Shown: piece by piece, positions 20,463 through 29,851 of the stretch | Numbering within the stretch: position 1 is the stretch's first letter | Layout of the letters: each line of letters begins with the position of its first letter | Assembly: GCA_949300375.1 (NCBI GenBank) | Contig: CASGEB010000004.1 | Location: 101-64,100, forward strand | Length of the DNA: 64,000 bases | Direction of reading: 5' to 3' | From: an uncultured Pseudomonadota bacterium | GTDB lineage: Bacteria > Pseudomonadota > Alphaproteobacteria > RF32 > CAG-239 | Program-made: the position numbers and the translations under genes | Notes under the pieces: generated by a model | Told to the model about the DNA's origin: nothing | Databases searched by the model: none | Seen by the model: the letters and a program-made list of their open reading frames with translations, nothing else

Positions 20463-21218
20463 ATGACGCCGCTTTTGGAAATTGAAGATTTGCACGCCCG
20501 CGTTGGCGATAAGGAAATTATTAAAGGCTTTAACCTGACGATAAATGAAGGCGAGGTTCACGCCGTTATGGGGCCGAACGGCGCCGGAAAATCCACCTTG
20601 TCTTATGTATTGACCGGCAAGCCCGGATATGAAATTACTTCCGGTTCCGTACGTTTTAAGGGAAAAGATTTAACTGCTATGTCAACGGAAGAGCGCGCCC
20701 GGGAAGGCATTTTTCTCTGTATGCAGTATCCGGTTGAGATTCCCGGTGTGCCGACCGCTACTTTTCTGAAACATGCCGTCAATGCCGTGCGCAAGCACCA
20801 AAATCTGCCGGAAATGGATACGTTTGAATTTTTAAAGCTGGTTCGGGAAGAAGGGCAAAAACTCGGAATTGGCAATGAGATGATAAAACGTCCGGTTAAC
20901 GTCGGTTTTTCCGGCGGAGAAAAGAAAAGGCTGGAAACGCTCCAAATGTCAATCTTAAAACCCGACTTGTCGATTCTGGATGAGGCCGATTCCGGATTGG
21001 ATATTGATGCGCTGAAAGTCGTTGCCGGCGGGGTCAACGCTCTGCGTGACGGCAAACGTTCAATGCTGGTTATTACCCATTATCAGCGCCTGCTGAACTA
21101 TATTGTTCCGGATTATGTCCATATTTTTGCCGACGGACGCATCGTTAAATCTGGTGATAAAAATCTGGCGCTGGAGCTGGAAGAAAAGGGCTATGCCGAT
21201 TTTGTGAGAGAAAAATAA
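20463..21218 (+). CDS. sufC: Fe-S cluster assembly ATPase SufC
   Basis: Walker A GPNGAGKST, signature FSGGEKKR, Walker B ILDEADSGLD. Confidence 0.95.
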   Translation: MTPLLEIEDLHARVGDKEIIKGFNLTINEGEVHAVMGPNGAGKSTLSYVLTGKPGYEITSGSVRFKGKDLTAMSTEERAREGIFLCMQYPVEIPGVPTATFLKHAVNAVRKHQNLPEMDTFEFLKLVREEGQKLGIGNEMIKRPVNVGFSGGEKKRLETLQMSILKPDLSILDEADSGLDIDALKVVAGGVNALRDGKRSMLVITHYQRLLNYIVPDYVHIFADGRIVKSGDKNLALELEEKGYADFVREK

Positions 21219-22501
21219 TGCCGGGATTGCTGCAAGATAAAAAACTTTTCGGGGAAGATATCCCCTGGCTTTGCGCTCTGCGTGAAAAAGGCGCCGAGAT
21301 TTTCCGGCGCTTGGGCGTCCCGGGCGCAAAAGTGGAAGACTGGAAATATACCAAGCCCCGGATTTTGAACGCGGACGACTTTGTTTTGCCTGAAATGCCG
21401 GCCGCGCATGAATGTTCCTGCGGCTGCCGGCATCATGACGGAGAAGACTGCTGCTGCAAACAAAACTTGCCTTTTGAGGCTTATCAGATTCGTTTTGAAA
21501 ACGGCTTTTGGCAGCATGAACACAATCATTTGCCGGAAGGCGTTACGGTTTTGCCGCTGGATGAAGCAATTGCCGATAATGAAATCTGCCGCCGCTGGCT
21601 GGGAAAAATCGCCGATATGGAAAACGCGCCTTTTGCCGCTTTGAATACGGCTTATTTGGAAAACGGCGTCTTTGTCTGTGTTGAGCGCGGTGTAAAGCTG
21701 GACAAGCCTCTGGCCATAATCAGCCATACCTGCGCCGGAGAGGGCAATCTGTTTTATAACCTGCGCAATCTGATTGTTTTGGAAAACGGTGCTGAGGCGG
21801 AAATTGTCGAATATTTCCGTTATTCCGGCATTGAAAAATCCCGTTATTTTACCAATATCGTAAATGAGATTATGGTCGGCAAGAACGCTCAGCTGCGGCA
21901 TTATAAGCTGCAGGACGAGGCTTTTAAGGCCGCGCATGTGTCTTTGTCTGCCGTTCAGGTCAAAGCCGGCGGAAAGTATCATCATTTCTGCCTGCAAAAA
22001 GGAGCCGATTTGGGACGGGACGAAGTCCGGGTAAAATTATTGGATAAAGGGGCGGAAACCAGCGTCGACGCCGCTTACAAAATGTCAGGCTGGGCAACGC
22101 TGGATACAACGACGCTGATTGAGCATATTTCCCCGGAAACATATTCAGAACAATTGGTAAAAGGCGTTGTGGACGGTGAGGCAAAAGGCGTATTCCAAGG
22201 CAAAATCCACATTGCGCCGAACGCGGTTCATACGGAAGGAAGACAGCTGCATAAGGCGCTGTTGCTGTCGGATACGGCGGAAATCGACTGTAAGCCGGAG
22301 CTTGAAATTTTTGCCGATGATGTGAAATGTTCGCACGGTGCAGCCAGCGGAGAACTGGATGAAGAGCAGTTGTTTTATATGCGCTCCCGCGGAATAGACG
22401 AGGATGAAGCCCGACGGATTTTGGTTGAGGCTTTTCTTGACGACGTTTTGTTGAAAGTAGATTCGGAATCTGTCCGCAGCTGGCTGAAAGCTATGCTCTG
22501 A
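21218..22501 (+). CDS. sufD: Fe-S cluster assembly protein SufD with a Cys/His-rich N-terminal insert
   Basis: C-terminal beta-helix pattern (...CSHGAASGELDEEQLFYMRSRGI...). Start overlaps the sufC stop. Confidence 0.9.
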   Translation: MPGLLQDKKLFGEDIPWLCALREKGAEIFRRLGVPGAKVEDWKYTKPRILNADDFVLPEMPAAHECSCGCRHHDGEDCCCKQNLPFEAYQIRFENGFWQHEHNHLPEGVTVLPLDEAIADNEICRRWLGKIADMENAPFAALNTAYLENGVFVCVERGVKLDKPLAIISHTCAGEGNLFYNLRNLIVLENGAEAEIVEYFRYSGIEKSRYFTNIVNEIMVGKNAQLRHYKLQDEAFKAAHVSLSAVQVKAGGKYHHFCLQKGADLGRDEVRVKLLDKGAETSVDAAYKMSGWATLDTTTLIEHISPETYSEQLVKGVVDGEAKGVFQGKIHIAPNAVHTEGRQLHKALLLSDTAEIDCKPELEIFADDVKCSHGAASGELDEEQLFYMRSRGIDEDEARRILVEAFLDDVLLKVDSESVRSWLKAML

Positions 22502-22523
22502 TTTTAAGAATAAGGAAAAAGTT

Positions 22524-23738
22524 ATGTACGATGTATATAAAATTCGTCGGGATTTTCCGGTATTGGCACAAAAAATAAACGGCAAACCGAATACTTTTCT
22601 CGATTCCGCGGCTTCGGCGCAAAAGCCCCAGTGTGTCATTGATACCATAACCCGCCTTTATTCGACTTGCTATGCCAATGTCCACCGCGGCGCTTATTAT
22701 CTGTCCGAGCATATGACGCAGGAATATGAAAACGCCCGTAAAATTGTGCAAAAGTTTATTAATGCCGCTGACAGCCGGGAAATTATTTTTACCCGCAACG
22801 CCACGGAATCAGTCAATTTGGTTGCCGCCTGCTGGGGACGGAAATTCTTAAAACCGGGAGATGAAATCTTAATCTCCCAGGCCGAACATCACGCCAATCT
22901 GATACCGTGGCAAATGGTTGCGGCCGAAACCGGCGCCGTCTTGAAAGTTTTTAAAATCGGTGATGACGGCAGTTATCTGGAAGAAGAATATTTAAAGCTG
23001 CTCGGCCCGCAAACCAAAATAGTTGCCGTAACCGCAATGTCCAACGTGCTGGGAACGGTTTTCCCGGTGAAAAAAATGGCGGAGCAGGCGCATAAAGCCG
23101 GTGCCGTAATTCTGGTTGATGCTTGCCAGGCTGTTGTCCATCAGGCATTGGATGTTCAGACGGCGGATTGCGATTTTCTTGCTTTTTCCGGACACAAAAC
23201 TTACGGTCCCAGCGGCATAGGCGTTTTGTACGGCAAATATAAACTGCTCGATTCGATGCCGCCTTATCAGTTCGGCGGCGATATGGTTGAAGAAGTAACT
23301 TATGAAAAAACAACCTTTGACGAAGTTCCCGCCCGTTTTGAGGCAGGAACGCCTGCAATGGTGCAAGCCATCGGCCTGGGGCGCGCTTTGCAGTATATGG
23401 CAGATTTGGGAATGGAAAACATTACGGCGCACGAAACGGAACTGACGGCTTATGCTCACAGCCGTTTTGGGGAAATCGGCGGATTTAAGGAAATCGGCAC
23501 GGCAGAAGGCAAGGGCGGTGTTTTTTCTTTTGTTTTGGAAGGGATTCATCCGCAGGATGTTGCCTTTATTCTGGATAAGGAAGGCGTATCTGTCCGCACC
23601 GGACACCATTGCGCCCAGCCGCTGGTGGAAAGGATGGGATACACGTCGCTGGCTCGTGCTTCTTTGGGACTTTATTCCACCAGGGAAGACATTGATATTT
23701 TTATCAACGCTTTGCAAAAAGCAAAGACTTTCTTTTAA
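22524..23738 (+). CDS. sufS: cysteine desulfurase SufS
   Basis: FSGHKTYGPSGIG (PLP lysine) and RTGHHCAQP (catalytic Cys loop). Confidence 0.95.
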   Translation: MYDVYKIRRDFPVLAQKINGKPNTFLDSAASAQKPQCVIDTITRLYSTCYANVHRGAYYLSEHMTQEYENARKIVQKFINAADSREIIFTRNATESVNLVAACWGRKFLKPGDEILISQAEHHANLIPWQMVAAETGAVLKVFKIGDDGSYLEEEYLKLLGPQTKIVAVTAMSNVLGTVFPVKKMAEQAHKAGAVILVDACQAVVHQALDVQTADCDFLAFSGHKTYGPSGIGVLYGKYKLLDSMPPYQFGGDMVEEVTYEKTTFDEVPARFEAGTPAMVQAIGLGRALQYMADLGMENITAHETELTAYAHSRFGEIGGFKEIGTAEGKGGVFSFVLEGIHPQDVAFILDKEGVSVRTGHHCAQPLVERMGYTSLARASLGLYSTREDIDIFINALQKAKTFF

Positions 23739-23818
23739 CGTGAATAATTATTGCGCTCCGGCTTGTTTTATTAATAAACTTGTCTTATAAAAGAAACAGG
23801 TTTAGTAAAGGGATAAGT

Positions 23819-24253
23819 ATGTCTGAAGAAAAAGAAAACGCCCTGACGGCGGAAGATGCGGAAAAACAGCTGTTGGCCGCAATGGCGGAACAGATGAAAC
23901 TTCTTGATTTTGTGGCAAAAGCCGGAAATCCGCTGCCTGAAGGGGAAAAGCCTGCCTCTCGCGAAGATGTTGTCGCAGCGTTAAAAACCGTTTCCGATCC
24001 GGAAATTATGATAAACGTCTGGGATATGGGACTGATTTACAATATTGATATCAGAGAAAACGGCAATGTTTTTATTGAAATGACGGTAACCGCGCCGACT
24101 TGTCCGGTCGCCGGCGTTTTGCCGGAACAGGCGGCGGAAGCTGTTGCCGCAGTCAAAGGTGTCGGAGAAGTCGAGGTCAAGTTGGTTTGGGAACCGGCTT
24201 GGACTTTTGAACGGATGAGCGACGAAGCGAAGATGATGTTTGAAATGTTTTAG
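23819..24253 (+). CDS. sufT: SufT-like DUF59 Fe-S assembly protein
   Basis: Start moved to the ATG after AAGGGATAAG. DPEIMINVWDMGLIY...MTVTAPTCP is the DUF59 signature. Confidence 0.8.
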   Translation: MSEEKENALTAEDAEKQLLAAMAEQMKLLDFVAKAGNPLPEGEKPASREDVVAALKTVSDPEIMINVWDMGLIYNIDIRENGNVFIEMTVTAPTCPVAGVLPEQAAEAVAAVKGVGEVEVKLVWEPAWTFERMSDEAKMMFEMF

Positions 24254-24261
24254 GAGGGGCT

Positions 24262-25125
24262 ATGGCAGAAAAGGTTTTATATCTAAAAGAACCTGAAGCA
24301 GGCAGCGTTTACTATCTTCTTTCTCCGCAAAAAGTAGACCGGGCGCTGGCGGAAAACGAAACCTTTTGCATCCGTCTGCCGCACAGCCCAAGAGATAAAG
24401 ATAAGCCTTTGGTTGCCGTGATTCTCGGATTGGAAAAAAACGACTACGCCATTGATAAAAATTACGTTAAAGCCCTGCTTGCCGCCGGTGCCGACCTGAC
24501 GTTTATCCATTATGAAGATGTCGATTCCCAGCTGGAATATTTAAAACCTGATGCTTTCCTGCTGCCGGGCGGATGTTTTGACTCTCCCGCCGAATTTTAT
24601 CGGGAACCGGAACGCCTGCCGCCGGAACACAGCCTCAGCCCGCGCTCATTGGCTTATATTTATGCCATTGATTATGCCAATGAAAACCAAACGCCGGTAT
24701 TGGGAATTTGCGCCGGATTTCAGATGCTTGCCGGAATGGCCGGCGCCAAAATGTATGCCTGTCTGAAAGATGAGCTGCCGGGCGCGCTGCCGCATAAAGA
24801 ACCAAAAGACAAAATAGCCCACGATGTTGCCGTTGTTCCGGACAGCCGGCTGCATAAATTGGCGGGAACGGAAAAGCTGAGCGTCAATTCTGTGCATAGC
24901 GAAGGCGTTATTAACGATTCGTCGGCGCTGGAAGGGCTGCGGATTGTTGCGGTTTCTCCCGATAATCTGGCCGAGGCGGTTGAAGCCCCAGGCGGACGTT
25001 TTGTTCTCGGCGTACAGTGGCATCCAGAATATTTGTATCAAAAAGATAAAGCCGCCGCCGCATTATTTGAAGAATTAGTAAAAGCGGCCAAAGATTATAA
25101 AGAGAAAAAAGATGACAATAGATGA
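24262..25125 (+). CDS. class I glutamine amidotransferase / gamma-glutamyl hydrolase (peptidase C26-like)
   Basis: GICAGFQML (nucleophile Cys) and GVQWHPEY (His/Glu). Confidence 0.75.
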   Translation: MAEKVLYLKEPEAGSVYYLLSPQKVDRALAENETFCIRLPHSPRDKDKPLVAVILGLEKNDYAIDKNYVKALLAAGADLTFIHYEDVDSQLEYLKPDAFLLPGGCFDSPAEFYREPERLPPEHSLSPRSLAYIYAIDYANENQTPVLGICAGFQMLAGMAGAKMYACLKDELPGALPHKEPKDKIAHDVAVVPDSRLHKLAGTEKLSVNSVHSEGVINDSSALEGLRIVAVSPDNLAEAVEAPGGRFVLGVQWHPEYLYQKDKAAAALFEELVKAAKDYKEKKDDNR

Positions 25126-25522
25126 GTTGATTGAAAATTTTGATTTGTTGGACGATTGGGAAGATAAATACCGCTATATCATTGATCTGGGCTCCCGGAT
25201 GAAGCCACTGCCGGAAAATCTGAAGACCGATGACTGGAAAGTCCACGGTTGTCAGTCGCAGGTTTGGCTGGTGCCGTCGGTTACGATGGAAAACGGGCAG
25301 AAGTATCTGGACTTCCAGGGCGACAGCGATGCGGCGATTGTAAGGGGAATTGTGGCGATAATCCTGATAATTTTTGCACATAAAACGCCGCGGGAAATTA
25401 AAGAAATTGCAGTTGAAAATATTTTTGCTAAACTGGGATTGCAAGACCATCTGAGTCCCAGCCGCCGCAACGGCCTGGCTTCAATGGCCGAAAAAATCCG
25501 CTGGTATGCCGCGACATTATAA
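25112..25522 (+). CDS. sufE: cysteine desulfuration protein SufE
   Basis: DWEDKYRYIIDLG...VHGCQSQVWL motif. Confidence 0.9.
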   Translation: MTIDELIENFDLLDDWEDKYRYIIDLGSRMKPLPENLKTDDWKVHGCQSQVWLVPSVTMENGQKYLDFQGDSDAAIVRGIVAIILIIFAHKTPREIKEIAVENIFAKLGLQDHLSPSRRNGLASMAEKIRWYAATL

Positions 25523-25531
25523 GGGTTAAAA

Positions 25532-26734
25532 ATGAACATTCACGAGTATCAGGCCAAAAAAATCTTAAACCAGTACGGGATAAATATTCCGAAAGGAGGA
25601 ATAGCCTATACGCCGTCGGAAGCCAGAAACGTGGCCGCCAAAGTCTCGTTTCGCGGGCCGTGGATGCTCAAATCCCAAATCCAGTCCGGCGCGCGCAACC
25701 GGGGGCATTTTCTTGAGAAAAAAGCCGGCAGGGGCGGCGGGATAAGGCTGATAAAACATCGGCGCGAAATTGCCCGTGAAGCGGAAAAAATGCTTGGTTC
25801 CACGCTGGTTACCGAACAAACCGGGCCGAAAGGAAAATTGGTCAGCCGCCTGTATGTTGAAGCCTATTGCAAAGTCAGCCGCATTTTTTATGCCGGGTTG
25901 GTCATTGACCGGATGATTCCTGCGGTAACGCTGCTGATTGCCGAGGTTAGTCCGGAAAATATAACCGGAGTGGCGCTTGAACATCCTGAAAAAATCTTAA
26001 AAATTCAGCTTGATTTGGATAAAGGGGCTTCTCCGTCCCAAATTCATAAGGTGATGTCTTTTCTGAACCTGAAACCCCGCAGCGCCCGTAGTTTGGAAAC
26101 ATTTATCAACGGGATGCACAAAGCTTTTAAGGATTATGACGCGACAATGATTGAGGTAACGCCGGTTGGCGTTTTGCGCAGCGGCGAGCTGATTGCTTTG
26201 GACGCCAAAATGTCTTTTGATAAAAACGGCCTTTACCGCCATCCGGAAATCCGCCGGTTGGAAGATGAGTATGAAGAAGACGATTATGAAATCCAGGCCA
26301 AAAAATTCGGATTTAATTATAGTGAGTTTGACGGCAATATCGGCTGCATTGTCAACGGCGACGGTATTGCGCTGGCCGCTATGGATTTGTTGCGCTCCAA
26401 GGGGTTCGGAACGGCTTGCTTTTTGAACGTCAAAGGCGGCGTCGATAAAGAAAAAATCGCTTCCGGCATAAAAATAATTATGACCAATCCGCGCGTTGAG
26501 GGAATATTGATTAACATTCTCGGCGGTTTTCTGCGGTGCAACCTGATTGCCGAGGGGATTATTTCTGCCGCGCATGATGTCGGGCTGAATGTGCCGCTGG
26601 TTGTCCGTTTTGAAGGGACGAACAAAGACGAGGCCAAAGAGATTCTGGAGCATTCAAAATTGCCGCTGGTAATTGCCAATGATATGCAGGAAGCGGTAGA
26701 TACGCTGATAAAAGCCGTAGAGGAGAGCGATTAA
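25532..26734 (+). CDS. sucC: succinyl-CoA synthetase beta-subunit homologue, motifs degenerate
   Basis: MNIHEYQAKK..., DAKMSFD and NIGCIVNGDGIALAAMD are present. The canonical FLDVGGGA is FLNVKGGV and NIFGGIxRCD is NILGGFLRCN. Confidence 0.75.
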   Translation: MNIHEYQAKKILNQYGINIPKGGIAYTPSEARNVAAKVSFRGPWMLKSQIQSGARNRGHFLEKKAGRGGGIRLIKHRREIAREAEKMLGSTLVTEQTGPKGKLVSRLYVEAYCKVSRIFYAGLVIDRMIPAVTLLIAEVSPENITGVALEHPEKILKIQLDLDKGASPSQIHKVMSFLNLKPRSARSLETFINGMHKAFKDYDATMIEVTPVGVLRSGELIALDAKMSFDKNGLYRHPEIRRLEDEYEEDDYEIQAKKFGFNYSEFDGNIGCIVNGDGIALAAMDLLRSKGFGTACFLNVKGGVDKEKIASGIKIIMTNPRVEGILINILGGFLRCNLIAEGIISAAHDVGLNVPLVVRFEGTNKDEAKEILEHSKLPLVIANDMQEAVDTLIKAVEESD

Positions 26735-27622
26735 ATGTCGATTTTGGTTGATAAAAATTCCCGGGTTCTTTGTCAGGGCATTACTGGTACTCAGGCAACT
26801 TTCCATATCCGGCGTTCGTTGGATTACGGAACAAACGTTGTCGCCGGCGTAACCCCCGGAAAAGGCGGAAACACCCACCTGGGTCTGCCGGTTTTTAATA
26901 CGGTAAAAGAGGCTGTGGCTGAAACCGGTGTAAACTCAAGCGTTATGTATGTTCCTGCCCGTTCGGTCAAAGATGCCGTGCGGGAGGCGGCGGAAGCTGA
27001 ATTGGAACTGGTTGTCTGCATTGCCGACGGTGTTCCGATCCGCGATATGATAGAGATAAAAAATATCTTAAAAGGCAGCCGGACGAAGCTAATCGGCCCG
27101 AACACGCCGGGCATCATCACGCCGGGAGCCGCAAGACTGGGAATTTTTCCGGAAAACATTCATCGTCCCGGCCGTATCGGCATTGTATCGCGCTCATCGA
27201 CCCTGACTTATGAGGCCGTGGTAGAAACCAAACGCGCCGGTATGGGACAGTCAACGGTTATCGGTTTGGGCGATGATATGATATTTGGTATAGACTTTGT
27301 TGATGTTTTGGAACGTTTTATGGCTGATGATGAAACGGATGCCGTGGTGATGATTGGAGCTTTGGGCGGAACGTTTGAAGAAAACGCCGCGGAATATTAT
27401 CGGTCTTTAAAACACAAAAAGCCGATTATCGGCTTTGTGGCAGGAGAAGCTGTGCCTTTCGGGCATAAAATGGGATATGCCGGCGATATCATTACCAAAG
27501 GGCGCATTTCAGTTCAGGACAAAAAAGATGCCATGAATGCGGCCGGAATAACGGTTGTCAATCATATTAACGCCATTCATGAAAAATTGTCGGAATTGGC
27601 AGGAACTGCGGCTTTAAAATGA
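26735..27622 (+). CDS. sucD: succinyl-CoA synthetase alpha-subunit homologue lacking the catalytic histidine
   Basis: CQGITGTQATFH, GVTPGKGG and SRSSTLTYE are present. The canonical MGHAGAI is KMGYAGDI (TAT codon at 27476-27478). Confidence 0.75.
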   Translation: MSILVDKNSRVLCQGITGTQATFHIRRSLDYGTNVVAGVTPGKGGNTHLGLPVFNTVKEAVAETGVNSSVMYVPARSVKDAVREAAEAELELVVCIADGVPIRDMIEIKNILKGSRTKLIGPNTPGIITPGAARLGIFPENIHRPGRIGIVSRSSTLTYEAVVETKRAGMGQSTVIGLGDDMIFGIDFVDVLERFMADDETDAVVMIGALGGTFEENAAEYYRSLKHKKPIIGFVAGEAVPFGHKMGYAGDIITKGRISVQDKKDAMNAAGITVVNHINAIHEKLSELAGTAALK

Positions 27623-28335
27623 ATATTTGGCAGAAAATTTTAAATTCCGTTTTACCGCCGCGTTGTATCTTGTGTGGAAAGATATTAAATGAAGAAGAGG
27701 GGCTGTGTCCGGAGTGTTTTAATGAAATAAACTTTATTTCCCGGCCTTACTGTGCCAGATGCGGCCGCCCGTTTGCCGAGGCGCCGTCTGATGGAAAGCT
27801 GCTTTGCCCGTCCTGTGTAAAAGGCGATGGAATGCCCTTTCGTATGTGCCGGTCGGCTTTTCATTATGACGATGCTTCCAAGAATCTGATATTGGGGCTC
27901 AAGTTTATGGACAAGACGGAAAACGCCGGCGTTTTGGCGCGTTTTTTGTTTCAGGCCGGACGCGATATTTGGACGGCTGGGGCAGATTTGTTGCTTCCTG
28001 TTCCGCTGCATTACACCCGGTTAATAAAACGCCGTTACAATCAGTCGGCTTTTTTGGCCGGAGAACTGGAAAAACTGGTGCTGGTGCCGGTTGATTACAA
28101 TTCTGTCGTCAGACACAAAAAGACCCGCCCGCAGGTTGAATTTTCCGGGCATGAGCGGGTCAAAAACGTCAAGGGGGCATTTTGTGTCCGCCATCCGGAA
28201 CAAATACGCGGTAAAAAGATTGTCCTGATTGACGATGTAATGACAACCGGTTCGACGCTAAAGGAATGTGCGCTGGTTTTGCAAAAATCCGGAGCTTCTT
28301 CGGTTGATGCCCTAACGGTAGCAAGGGTTTGTTAG
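27619..28335 (+). CDS. comF: ComF family phosphoribosyltransferase-domain protein
   Basis: N-terminal CxxC...CxxC zinc ribbon pairs and the PRT motif IVLIDDVMTTGSTL. Confidence 0.8.
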   Translation: MNIWQKILNSVLPPRCILCGKILNEEEGLCPECFNEINFISRPYCARCGRPFAEAPSDGKLLCPSCVKGDGMPFRMCRSAFHYDDASKNLILGLKFMDKTENAGVLARFLFQAGRDIWTAGADLLLPVPLHYTRLIKRRYNQSAFLAGELEKLVLVPVDYNSVVRHKKTRPQVEFSGHERVKNVKGAFCVRHPEQIRGKKIVLIDDVMTTGSTLKECALVLQKSGASSVDALTVARVC

Positions 28336-28345
28336 AGAGAGAAAA

Positions 28346-29746
28346 ATGCATAAATTAATCAGTCAAAAAGCGGTGCTTGTTTTGTTATTGGCGGTTTTTG
28401 TCGGCGGTTATTCCAGTCTGTCATTGGAACTGATAGTTCTGCGCCAGCTGAGCAGCTTTGTCGGCACCACGACCATTACGGTTTCTATTGTTATGGGTTC
28501 TTTTCTGGCTTTTATGTCCTGGGGCTATTACAAAGGTTCGGTTGAAAGCGTAAGTCGTTTCAGCTTGCGCAATCAGGCCGCCACTGATTTTCTGATTATT
28601 GCGCTGCTGGTTGTTTTGGCGTCTTCTTATATTCTGATAGATATTTATTTTATTGCATTCAATAAAGCCGGCATAACGTCAAACATCATCCAAACGGCGT
28701 TATATTCTTTGCTGTTTTTGTCTTACGGGCCTTATCTCTTTGGCAAAATAACCGCCATGTTGAGCCGATATCTGCACTATCGGGATACAAACTTTACCGG
28801 CAAAATTATGGCAGTGGATACAATCGGCTCTGTTCTGGGTTCTTTATTGACCACTTTGATAATTATGCCGTTTGTCGGCGTCAATCATACCATAGTCGTT
28901 GTGGTGGCGATTACGCTGGCCGCCGCCTGCTTTTTAGCGCGCCGCCGCAATTATGTTGCAATTCTGACAATCCTTCTGGCCGCGGTATTGTTTAATCAGG
29001 ACAAATTATTAAAAGATGCCTACGGGATTATTGAGAATAACGCCGTTGCCACGGTCGGCGTTCATGAAACGGACAACGGAAAGTCCAGGCTTTTGGTTAT
29101 CAACGGCTCTATGTCGTCCAAAATTTCAAAAGAACATAATCTGAATTTTTCATACATCAATTTTATTAATGACAATTTTATCCGGACGATTCCAAAAGAT
29201 AAAACAAAAGACATTTTGGTTATCGGGGCTGGTGGTTTTACGGTCGGCGTTGACGACGCGCGCAATAATTATATCTATGTTGATGTTGATAAAAATCTGA
29301 AAAGTATTACCGAAGAAAACTTCTTGAAAAAAAAGCTCGGCTCCAATAAAAAATTTGTTGTTCAGGATGCCAATCAGTTTTTAAAAGAAAGCCGGCATAA
29401 ATACGATATAATTGTACTCGATACTTATTCTTCCCTCCAATATATTCCGATGGAGTTGGTAACGAGAGAGTATTTTGAACGCGCTAAAAATAATTTGAAA
29501 GAAGGCGGCATCTTGCTGTTAAACGCGATTGTTTCTCCGAATTTCGGTGATGATTTTGCTATGAATTTGGACAATACGCTGCGTTCTGTTTTCAAAAACA
29601 ATCTGCGTTCACAGGTCGTCAGATATTTCGATGCCTGGAAAAAGGGAACCCGCGGCAATGTGGTTTATGTATATTATAACCGTCCAAATTCCGGAAAAGT
29701 TTACACCATAAACAAAAATCCGTCATTTTATGATTATCAGATGTAA
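28346..29746 (+). CDS. membrane-anchored spermidine synthase-like methyltransferase-fold protein
   Basis: About 7 N-terminal TM helices, then ILVIGAGGFTVG and YDIIVLD motifs of the aminopropyltransferase fold. Confidence 0.55.
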   Translation: MHKLISQKAVLVLLLAVFVGGYSSLSLELIVLRQLSSFVGTTTITVSIVMGSFLAFMSWGYYKGSVESVSRFSLRNQAATDFLIIALLVVLASSYILIDIYFIAFNKAGITSNIIQTALYSLLFLSYGPYLFGKITAMLSRYLHYRDTNFTGKIMAVDTIGSVLGSLLTTLIIMPFVGVNHTIVVVVAITLAAACFLARRRNYVAILTILLAAVLFNQDKLLKDAYGIIENNAVATVGVHETDNGKSRLLVINGSMSSKISKEHNLNFSYINFINDNFIRTIPKDKTKDILVIGAGGFTVGVDDARNNYIYVDVDKNLKSITEENFLKKKLGSNKKFVVQDANQFLKESRHKYDIIVLDTYSSLQYIPMELVTREYFERAKNNLKEGGILLLNAIVSPNFGDDFAMNLDNTLRSVFKNNLRSQVVRYFDAWKKGTRGNVVYVYYNRPNSGKVYTINKNPSFYDYQM

Positions 29747-29800
29747 AAGTAAAAATATAAATATGTAAAAAATGCGGGCAACTCCGTATTTATAAAAAAC

Positions 29801-29835
29801 AAAAAAACTGTCCTCTTTGCGGGGACAGTTTTTTC
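29801..29835. terminator. bidirectional terminator at the core/island boundary
   Basis: A-run, ACTGTCC...GGGACAGT hairpin, T-run. Confidence 0.6.
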
Positions 29836-29851
29836 AAATAACCGACTGGCT

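Noticed and set aside
21191-21997. 268-aa minus-strand ORF
   Set aside because: It is antisense to sufD and the end of sufC. Its composition is low-complexity and Arg/Phe-rich, typical of shadow frames.
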